Below the pieces are notes generated by a model, which did not search any database, was not told where the DNA came from, and saw only the letters and a program-made list of their open reading frames with translations. This document shows positions 51,571 through 61,915 of a stretch of DNA of 64,000 nt, piece after piece. This DNA is from Lama glama. Its lineage: Eukaryota. A program made the position numbers and the translations under genes. The stretch is taken from NCBI GenBank assembly GCA_028534125.1, contig CM052817.1:90770001-90834000 (forward strand), read 5' to 3'. The first letter of the stretch is position 1, and each line of letters begins with the position of its first letter.

Positions 51571-53414
51571 TTAAGCCACATTCCTCATAGATGGAATCTG
51601 CTTCACACATATGTGGGCTGTGATTGTTCAAATGCTTGTACATCTGAAAATGACAGAGACGTGATTGAATAAGTTACTAAATGCCTAGCAGCTTTCCGTC
51701 ATGAGTAGAGGGAGGGTGAAGTGTGTTGATGTCAAAAGTCCTTATCTCTGAAAACACTAGAAACCACTCCCTGCTCTGACTTCCCAATATTAAATTTACC
51801 TGTACGAAATTGAGTTTCCATTCCTTCTTCTAGGCAGAGGAGAAATAAAACTTCACAAATAGGGAAATGTGAACAGACTCACCCTGTATCCTTCTTGAAA
51901 GGGCCAAAATCTATATACCATAGACAAACCTGAGGGTAGTTGATGGTATAAGCAGAAAAACCAGACATCACCTTCAGGCTAGTATTTCTGTGTTCTTGGT
52001 ACAAAAATCCCTCTCATATAAACACAGTTATTTGTTATCTCCAGAGATTCTGCATATTTACATTCCAAATTATTCTAAGTAGAACAAGAATTGCATACCT
52101 TATCACCTTTGCAGGCATAGATTTTTTACTAACAGAGATGAAAAATACAGTTCTTCGCAATGATATAAACTGAAAACAGACTGTTTTTAATGGCTGATGT
52201 AAAATCATCATGGAACTACCTCTAACTTACTAACAGAAGCTTATTTACCATAATTGACTTTTCTTGTTGTTTTACCTTGTCTTTGACCCTGTACACCAAG
52301 CCTGATGCTTCTGAATTTAAAAGAGAAAATGATTAATGTGGCAAGTGCAGAGACAGTCAAGCTCGTATATGCCAGTGGGGACCTGGGAGAAGCCTGATAA
52401 ATAATAAACACTACACCTTCTCACACTTCCATTCTCCCTTCTACTGCATCTTTCAGGCAGCCCTTTAAATGAGGCCACTTATTTTAAAGCCAAATATATC
52501 TCTGAGTGATTCAGAACTTATTTATGCCATGGTCAGGAAAAAATATTTACATCTGAAAATGCTGAACCATGAAACTCAAGTCACGGGAAAGGTTATTTGT
52601 ATAAAGAAATAGAAGTTTGTATCTACATAATGTCCATTATCATTTCTTCTTCCCATGAAACAACTCTTGCTCTGCTTTGCTTTGAGAAACTAACTTTTGT
52701 GTAACCCTTGTGCTCAAATTTCTCTGGGAGACAAATCCCAAATCCAAAGTCTTTGAGGTTGAAGGTAAAAATCCTTTCATTGTGAGGAGAAAACAACAAA
52801 GAAATCAATCCTGGGAATGTAAACAATGGAGGAACAAAGGTTTTGTGAAATTAAAGAACAATAATGGACTTGAAATTCATTTTGTGTAGGATGTAGAGAG
52901 TTAGAAATGGAATATTCAGCTTCTAATTTCTTAGTAATCAGGAGTTAATGAATACTATAACTCAGCTCTGTTTTCAAAGATCATTTATATCTCCCTCCCA
53001 CTATTACCTATTATCTTTCCATGCTATTGCTCCTTGGGTCTATTCTGATAGCTTTTTGTTTTCTAGAAATTGTGCTCTTTCTCATAAGCAGTAAAGTAAG
53101 TTAAGGCACAGGGAATTAGGTACTAATTAGGAAAATTTAGTTAACTCATCATTGAGTGTATTAACAGAAGTCTAACAAGCAGCATGTGTAGGGGAGAAAG
53201 ATGGGAAGGAAGAAGTGGAGAGCAGCATTAAAAAGGTCTCATTGGTACTTAGATTACTGGACTAGAGGTAACACTTATGTTTCTGTATGCTTCTTATTTC
53301 ATTCAAATATGTCAAGATTATCCTGTTTTAGTGGTGGCTCAGTCATCATTTGCCTCCTTTCCCCTCCCCATCTCAAGTTGCAAGTCTGAATCTCTATTAA
53401 TAAATTTACAGTAA

Positions 53415-53580
53415 CTTTGAGAAATACATCAGGTTTAAACCTCAGCTCTGCTCTGTAATACCAAGCCATTTAAGCCCACTGAGTGTCAGTTTCTTGACCT
53501 GTAACATGAAATCATGGTACAATAACATAACACAGGTGGCAACTCCCATTCTTGACACAAAGTAGTGACTTCACCAGTAC
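53415..53580 (+). mobile_element. MIR fragment
   Basis: 'aggtttaaacctcagctctgct...actgagtgtcagtttcttgacctgtaacatg'. Confidence 0.6.
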
Positions 53581-53649
53581 TTAAGGGTGATCCTAGTATA
53601 TTTTATGTCTCTGTTTGAGGAAATTCTTTCATTTATTGTTTCTTTTATT

Positions 53650-53770
53650 CTTCTTGTCATTTAAATATTTACTGAACATCAAATATATACCAGGATTTGA
53701 GCCAGGTGTTAGGGAGACATGACATGACACCAGATCCCTAACTTTAAGGAACTCCTAATTAAATGGGAAT
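53650..53770 (-). mobile_element. L2 3' end fragment
   Basis: 'catttaaatatttactgaacatc...gccaggtgttagggagac...tcccta'. Confidence 0.5.
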
Positions 53771-54374
53771 TCAAGTAAGAGATGCTCCCAAAGAGTCTTC
53801 ACAATTTGTTAAAACTTCTGCTCTCATTTGTACCTTAATACTTAAGTCTTGGGCATCACTAGAACAAATTTTAAGGCAAAAGTCACTGTCTCAGAATTAC
53901 TCAAACCAAAACTTGATTTTTACTATTTAGTAGTCAGTATAATGAAACACAAAGTATAGAACAGAGGAATTTAATATTCAAACCTACTAACTGACTATGG
54001 TATTTATACTCACTTTTTAAATCTTCAGAAGTAATAAAAAGGAACCTCATTTTTGACAGACCTTTCATCAGACAGTACCCAATTCCCCCCAGTAATCTTG
54101 GGTATGATTTAAGGCTCATCACTCAAGCCAGAGTCAACATCACCAAAGAAAACCAAAAGAGAAGAAAAAAAAAAGAGAGAGAAAGAGGACAACAATAATC
54201 TTTTATTAGTTTGTGATATTATAAAATAAATAACGCTAGACATTTCCTCCAATATCTTTTGGGTACCTGAGTTAAAGCAGAAAGAATTACTGCTGGTCTA
54301 CTTATTTCTTGTTTCCTCTACAAAATATATTGACATCTGGGTCCAGGAGGCCATCATGTCTGGCTCACCACTGA

Positions 54375-55853
54375 CTATAGAAAAAGAGACCAGGAATCTG
54401 AAATGAACATAAACAGATCCCCTATAGTCAATTGATCTTTTACAAAGAAGCAAAGGCAATAAAATGGAGCAAAGACAGTCTTTTCCACAAATTGTTCTGG
54501 AACAACTAGGCATCCACATTTCAAAAAAAAAAAAAAAACAGGAAAAGAATCTAGACATGGATCTTACACCCTTCACAAATATTAACTCAAATGTAAAATT
54601 CAAAACTATAAGACTCCTAAAAGATAACATAGAAGGAAATCTAGATGACCTTGGGTATGATGTTTAGATATAATAACAGACACAAAATCTAAAAAAAAGA
54701 ACTGATAAACTAGACCTCATTAAAATCAAAATTTTTGCTCTGCAAAAGACAATGTCAAGAGAAGACAAGCCACAGACTAGGAGAAAATATTTGAAAAGAT
54801 ATATTTGATAAAAGCCTGTTATCTAAATATATTAAGAACTTTTAAAACTCAACAAAACAAACAACCTGATTAAAAAAGGGCCAAAGACTTTCACAGACAC
54901 CTCAGCAAAGAAGATGCAGATGGAAAATAAGCATGCGAAAAGATGTTTCACATCATCATTAGGGAAATGCAAATTAAAACAACAAGATGCTACTGCACAC
55001 CAAAAGGAAAGGCCAGAATCCAGAACATTGATAACCTCCAATACTGGTGAGGATATGGAGAAATAAGCACTCCCATACATTACTGTTGGAAACCCAAATG
55101 GTACAGCCACTGTGTTAGACAGTTCGGTGGCTTCTCACAAAACTAAACTTACTCTTATCATAGACTCCAGCAATCGTGTTCCTTTGTATTTGCCCAAAGG
55201 ATTTGAAAACTTGTGCCTACACTAAACCTTGCACATGGATGTTTCCAGTACCTTTACTCATAGTTGCCAAAACTTGGAAGCAACCAAAATGTCCTTCAGT
55301 AGATGAATGGTAAAACTGGTACATTCAGACAATGGCATATTATTCAGTGCTAAAAAAAGAAATGTGCTATCAAGCCATGAAAAGACACAGATGTAACATA
55401 AATGTGTATTTATAAGTGAAAGCAGCCTGTCTGAAAAGGCTAAATCCTGTATGATCCAACTGTATGACATTCTAGAAAAGACAAAATTATGAAGGCAACA
55501 GAGATCAGTGCAGAAGGGGAAGATGAAAAGGTATAACTAAGGATTTTTAGGGCAGCACAAAAAGTCTGTATATTATAATGGATATGTGTCATCATACATT
55601 TTTCCAAATCTATAAAATATACAGCATTAAGAGTGAACCCTAAGGAAAACTATGGACTTTGGGTCATTATGATGGGTCAACGTGGGTCCTTCCTTGTTAA
55701 AAAAAAATGTACCATGCTGGTGAGTGATGTTGATTATGGGGGAGACTATCCATGTGTGAAGGCAAGGGGAATACGGAAAATATCCATTTCTTTCTCTCAA
55801 TTTTATCATAAACCTAAAACTGCTTTTAAAAAAAAGTCTTTAATTAAAAAAAC
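54375..55853 (+). mobile_element. L1MC1/2-like ORF2 3' part plus full 3' UTR
   Basis: 'gatcttttacaaagaagcaaaggcaat', 'aagagtgaaccctaaggaaaactatggactttgggt', ending 'aacctaaaactgcttttaaaaaaaagtct' plus an A-tail. Confidence 0.9.
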
Positions 55854-56643
55854 ATAAACATGACCAGTCTACTCGGTTTGTTATATGGTTAACAAACTCA
55901 CTACATATTATAAACTCTTTTTATTAGACATTAAGTGTTGGTATTTACCAAACTTTAAAAAAAATAGTTTCTAAATTTTAAATGAAATGGCTGACAAATG
56001 ACATCTGGATATGTAATATTAATGAGGAGGTCATGCAGGACAGTGACTTGCTGAACCTATTTTCTTGACTTGCTGTGCGAATTATCTTATCACTTTTTAC
56101 CCCAACCACTAATTTTTTCAAATGCTACACATAGGTAAGGCTGAATGACACCCAGCACCAGTACACTTTGAAAAAGTCAAGATTGACCAGATAATTTTGA
56201 GTAACTGGAGCAGACAGGGAGATTGTCCCAAGGCAACAAAACCAGAAAACACATTGACACAAAACTCAATGTCCCTGAATTGAAACTCCAAAATAGACTA
56301 GACTCCAACAGGGAAGATATGAATTAAGGACAATGAGGTTTTCTCTCCAGCACCAAAATAACCAGTTGATTCAGTCAATGAAGTGTTGGAGAAAGCCAGT
56401 TGGATTGTTCTATTGATCTGGAACAGAGTTAAGTCAATCAAAACAATCAATCTTGTTAGCCTACACACCTAGTGGAAAAAAGAACAGAGTCAATTATCAG
56501 GGACTTTATATTAAAAACAAAACAAACTTTTGTTCTATAATGGGTACTGGTCATGTGCAAGTATTTCTGGCCTGATTTACTCTAACACATAAATCAGTTC
56601 TCCACTTTAACTAGAATAAGGAGATGCAATAAAGCCACCAGTG

Positions 56644-57900
56644 GGAGAAGAGGCAAGATGGCGGAGTAGAAGGACGCTCGTAAGTCACCCTCTCCCACAA
56701 ATACACCAAGACCCACATCTACAGACCCACTCAGCCAACCAGAGCACCTGCGGAACTCCAACACATCATCGCCCTCTTCAAAAGATAAAGACGCCAAAAA
56801 TCTGGTAGGAGAAAAGGAAAAAAGAAAGAACAAAAGGCAAAGCAGCGTAGGACGGGTCCCGCGGGGAGGGAGCGGCAAAGGAGGACTGGCGCTCACTCCC
56901 TGGGTCTCCCCTCTCCAATTGAGAGGCCAGCGGGACGGAGGGGGAGCCTCCAAGGCTCAGATCTGTACAGAGCAGCCCTTGTCTGACAGAACTAAGTTAA
57001 ACAGTCACAGAGCGTCCCCCCGACACCCAGCCTGAGACGCGGGCCAGCAGCGGCGGGCAGGGCCAGGCTGCACAAGCCGGGCGGAGGACGGGGGCGGCTG
57101 CACGGAGGCAGCCCCAGGGGACTGCAAGGGGCTGGGAGCCGTGGCTGTGGGTGTACAGGACAGAACAACCTGGGCCCTCCATAAAACAGCAAGGTTGATG
57201 TGTTCTTGGGGGAAGGGTGCATACCCCCATCTCTGAAAACCCGCGGAAACTTTTCAGAGGAAGAGAGGCGGGGCCCAGGCAGAGCCGCCATATTCTCCGG
57301 CCCTTAGCACCCAGGCGGGGGCGGGGGCGAAACCTGCATCCGCACCAAAGGGCTTAGCATCCTCAAGGGCCAGACTGAGACGGGCCTACAGCCCGGGGCA
57401 GGTGGGATCCTTCCATCCTGGTCCCTTAGAGAACTTGCTCCACAAAGACAAACAAGCAGCTGGGTCTTGGCTCAGAGCAGGGACGAGGCTGCCCCTCGGT
57501 CTTCCCCGAGCCCACCCGCGGAGCGCCGACCAGGGCGGAGCGCCGACCAGGGCGGAGCGCCTGCGCGGAGCGCGCAACCACACAGAACAGCGGAGCTACC
57601 AGCGGCGCAGGTAGAGGGAGAGCAGCCCCCCGCCTGTCTGGCAGGAACACAGCCCCTGACCGAGGTGCTGGGAGGGGGCACGACCCGCCCTCCTGCCTGG
57701 CCAGTCTGCAACATCTGACTGCGGCATCTGGAGGGGCAGTGACCTGCCCACCCGCAGCAGAGGAGAGCTGCATCTGACCCCGTGTTAGGAGGAGGCGCGA
57801 TCCGCTTGCCGACAGGTGCTGGGAGCAGCACAGAAGAGGGCGGCAACGGAGGGCCTATGAAAACAAGCTGAGCTTCCAAAACAGGACGAAGACAGAAGGA
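56644..57900 (+). promoter_or_regulatory. L1 5' UTR internal Pol II promoter / CpG island
   Basis: The only CpG-island-like segment in the window. YY1 site caagatggcg at 56654-56663 and GC boxes 'ggcgggggcgggggcg' at about 57314-57329. Confidence 0.8.
57518..57561. repeat. 17-bp tandem repeat (gcggagcgccgaccagg), about 2.6 copies
   Basis: Exact units at 57518-57534 and 57535-57551, partial unit at 57552-57561. Confidence 0.9.
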
Positions 57901-58066
57901 CATCACCTTAAAAGCACACAAACTCCAGGAGAACACCGACAACCCCCTTTTTTTTTTTTAAATCTGTTTTTACCTGTTCTATTTTCAATTACTCCCTTAA
58001 TTTTTACTTCTTAATTCATTTCTATTTCTCTTGGGTTTTTATGTCCTGTTATTGATTAGACACAGG

Positions 58067-58566
58067 NNNNNNNNNNNNNNNNNNNNNNNNNNNNNNNNNN
58101 NNNNNNNNNNNNNNNNNNNNNNNNNNNNNNNNNNNNNNNNNNNNNNNNNNNNNNNNNNNNNNNNNNNNNNNNNNNNNNNNNNNNNNNNNNNNNNNNNNNN
58201 NNNNNNNNNNNNNNNNNNNNNNNNNNNNNNNNNNNNNNNNNNNNNNNNNNNNNNNNNNNNNNNNNNNNNNNNNNNNNNNNNNNNNNNNNNNNNNNNNNNN
58301 NNNNNNNNNNNNNNNNNNNNNNNNNNNNNNNNNNNNNNNNNNNNNNNNNNNNNNNNNNNNNNNNNNNNNNNNNNNNNNNNNNNNNNNNNNNNNNNNNNNN
58401 NNNNNNNNNNNNNNNNNNNNNNNNNNNNNNNNNNNNNNNNNNNNNNNNNNNNNNNNNNNNNNNNNNNNNNNNNNNNNNNNNNNNNNNNNNNNNNNNNNNN
58501 NNNNNNNNNNNNNNNNNNNNNNNNNNNNNNNNNNNNNNNNNNNNNNNNNNNNNNNNNNNNNNNNNN
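58067..58566. other. Assembly gap (500 N)
   Basis: A run of exactly 500 N. Confidence 1.
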
Positions 58567-58864
58567 ATGTGACAATGAGTGTGTATATGTCCATGAATGA
58601 CTGAAAAATTGTGCTGAACACTGGAATTTGACACAACATTGTAAAATGATTATAAATCAGTAAAAAATGTTAAAAAAAAAAGCCACCAGTGAACGTATCT
58701 TAGTTTCATATAAACAAACTCTATCAGTTTTATTCCCTCTTATATACACATTAGTCATCAACTTATGTCAGCTGGAGGGAAAATTAATCACTGAAATGGA
58801 TTTTGTCAATTCAATTCAACAGATTCTTTTTCAGCATTTCCATCAGGGACATGTACCCTCCTAA

Positions 58865-59024
58865 TGAGGGTAACAGTCCATTTTCAGAATCTGAAGAAAT
58901 TTAATGGACTCGTTTTCTAGAAAAATGACATATACATATACTTTCAAATACACAAAATATCGCATATCTGTTTCAGGGACTTCACATATTCTCTGAGTCA
59001 TTAACTCTGGGTTAAGAACCCCTG
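58865..59024. mobile_element. MER103-like hAT-Charlie MITE
   Basis: 'aaatacacaaaatatcgcatatctgtttcagggacttcaca...ggttaagaacccctg'. Confidence 0.65.
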
Positions 59025-59530
59025 TCTCATGTACCTGGAGCCGAGCTAGACTCAGGACTGAAGTCCTGAAGCAAGAAAGACATAAGACAGCAAAACATAC
59101 TAAAATACTCTACAAATTAAGACAGTCTGGTATCATGCAGAAATATAAAACCAAGTCAAGGGAATAGAGTCTGGGAAGTATACTCACACATACATGAGGA
59201 TTTTAAATGTAAAATTTATAATAAAGTGGATATTTCAAATCAGTGGGGGGAATGAACTATTCAATAAACGGCATAGGGAAAATGTGCAATTTGTAAGGAA
59301 AAAAAATTCAGATCCCAGTCCCACAAGGAGGTCTGCAATATTACCCACAGCATGTAAAAACTGCAGATGGATTAAAGAATAAAATTTATATGTGCATGTG
59401 TTAGAGGAAAATACAGGGAAATATTTTTATAATTTCAGAGTATAAAAGGCCTCCTTAAGCAAGACATAGAACAGAAAAGCCCTAAAGGAAAAACTGACAA
59501 TTTTGAGCTTATAAAAATTAAAGTCTTTTC

Positions 59531-61480
59531 ATTTTGTTGTTTCCTTTGCTGTACAGAAGCTTCTTAATTTTGATGCAGTCCCACTGTCTGTTTCCTTTTA
59601 CTGCCAGTGCTTTTCGTGTCATGTTCAAGAAATCGTTGCCAAGGCCAATGTAGAGAAGTTTTCCCCCATCTTTTCATCTAGCAGCTTTATGATTTCACAT
59701 ATTTAAGTCTTTAATCCCTTTTAAATCAACTTTTATGTGTGGTATAAGAAAAGGGTCAAATTTTACTCTTTAGCATGTGGATATCCAGTTTTCTCAGCAC
59801 CATTTATTGAAGAGATTATCAAAGCATCACTTCCTCACTGTATTCTTGGCACCTCTGCCAAACATCAGTTGACCATGTACGTGTAGGTTTACTTCTGGGC
59901 TTTCTATTCTGTTCCTTTGGTCTATATGTCTGTTTTTTATGCCAGTATCACATTGTTTTGATTACTGTAGTATTACAATGTATTTTGAAGTTAGAAAGTG
60001 TGATGCCTCCAGCTTTGTTCTTGCTCACAATTGCTTTGGCTATTCAGTCTTTTGTGGTTCTACACAAACCCTTGGATTTTTCTTCTGCAAAAAAAAAAAA
60101 ATGCCATTGAGAATTTGATAAGGATTGCAAGAATATGTAGATAACTTTGGGTGTATAAACATCTTAACAGTATCAATTCCTTCAAACCATAAACATGGAA
60201 TGTCTTTCCATTTATTTGTGTCTGCTTTAATTTCTTTCACCAGTGTTTTATAGTTTTTAATGTGTGTTTTTCACTTCCTTAAGTTTTTCTAAAGTAATTT
60301 AATTTTTATGCTATTGTGAATAGGATTGTTTTCTTAATTTCCTTTTTTGGTAATTTGTTGTCGGCTATAGAAATGCAATAAAAAGCTTCTGCACAGCAAA
60401 GGAAGCAATCAATAAAATGAAAAGACAATCTACAGAATGGGAGAAAATATCTGTAAACAATGTATCTGATAAAGGATTAATATCCAAAGTATACAGGTAA
60501 TTCCTATAATTCAACAGAAAAAAATAAACATAAGCAAAGGGACTGAATAGACTTTTTTCCAACAAAGACAAGCAAACGGCCAACAGGTACGTGAAAAGGT
60601 GCTCAACATCACCAATCATCAGTGAAATGCACACCAAAACCACAATGAAGTAACAACTCACACCTGTTAGAACGGGTATTATCAAAAACTGAAAGATAAC
60701 AAGTGTTTGCATGCATTTGGAGAAAGAGAAACCTAGTACAATATTGGTGGGAATGTAAATTGGTTCAGTCACCATGGAAAATAATAAGGAAGTCCTTCGA
60801 AAAAATAAAAGGACTACATATGACCTAGCAATCCCACATCTGGTTACATATCCAAAAGAAACGAAATTAGGATCTTGAAGGGATATTGTGCATTTCATGT
60901 TCACTGCAGCATTATTCAGAATAGCCAAGGTATGGAAGCAACCTAAATGTCCATCAATGAATAAATGGATAAGAAAATGCAGTATAAATACACAATAGCG
61001 TATTAGCCTTAAAAAAAAAAAAAGGAAATTCTGCTATTTGTAATACATGGAAGCCAGACACAGGACATTTACTACATTATACCACTTATATAAGGAATCG
61101 AAAATGCTCAACCCACAGAAGCAGAGAGTTGAACAGTGGTTGCCAGGGGCTAGCAGCAGAGGAAACATGGAGGTAGTAGTCAAAAGGTACAAAGTTTCAG
61201 TTTTTCAAGATGAATAAATCCTAGAGATCTACCCTACAGCATAGTGCCTATAGTGAAGGATACTGTATACTTAAAAATTTGTGAAGAGGACCTATCTTAT
61301 GTTCTTACCATTAATAAAAACAGTAATAGAGAGAGCATGTAAAGCCTTTTGGAAGTATGTTTTGGTCATACAGATTGTGGTGATGGTTTCACAGGTGTAT
61401 TTCCATCTCGAAACTCATCAAGTTTCATGCACATACAGCTTTTTGTATGTCAATCATATCTCAATAAAGTAATTTTTTTA
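59531..61480 (+). mobile_element. L1MA-like element with a 5' inversion
   Basis: Antisense ORF2 at 59531-60379 (ORF 60040-60240, KEIKADTNKWKDIPCLW). Sense ORF2 and 3' UTR run from about 60380 to 'tcaatcatatctcaataaagt'. Confidence 0.88.
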
Positions 61481-61759
61481 TTAAAAGCATTTTTCAACAA
61501 AAGACTTCAAAAACAAAGCTGGAGGCAAGTACTGACACAGAGAGAAAACATCCACAGCAGATTCTACAAAGGCTTAATGTCTATAATATGTAAAAATGAC
61601 TTACCTGTCAGTTAAGAAAAGTCAAACAACCCAGTAGAAAATAAAGACAGCAAATGAACAGGAAATTGCCAGAAGAACCAAAAATGACCAATAAACTCAT
61701 AAAGGGAAACCACCTCACAGGTAAACAGATAACTGCAAAGTTTTTAAATACAACATCAT

Positions 61760-61915
61760 CTTTTTATTGTGGCAAGAGCACTTTACATGAAATCTGCCTT
61801 CTTAACAAATTTTAAGTGCACAACACTACAGGCAAAATGTTGCACAGTAGATGTCTAGAAATGACCTATATTGAAAAACTGAAACTTTCTACCCATAGAG
61901 CAGCAAGACTCCCTT
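61760..61915 (-). mobile_element. L1MA/MB 3' end fragment
   Basis: 'tttttattgtggcaagagcactttacatgaaatctgccttcttaacaaattttaagtgcacaac'. Confidence 0.85.

Larger units (their letters stand above)
56644..58678 (+). mobile_element. Young L1, apparently full length; ORF1/ORF2 fall in an assembly gap
   Basis: Starts 'ggagaagaggcaagatggcggagtag', followed by a CpG-rich 5' UTR. L1 3' terminus and poly-A lie after the gap. Perfect 13-bp TSD aaagccaccagtg at 56631-56643 and 58679-58691. Confidence 0.92.

Noticed and set aside
56644..57900. CpG-island promoter of a host gene
   Set aside because: It begins exactly at the TSD and carries the L1 start motif, so it is the L1 5' UTR.
58031..58639. Four long ORFs of 178-196 aa
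   Set aside because: Artefacts of translating the 500-N gap.
60365..60928. 187-aa hydrophobic ORF
   Set aside because: It is the antisense reading of L1 ORF2, a common source of spurious membrane-like ORFs.
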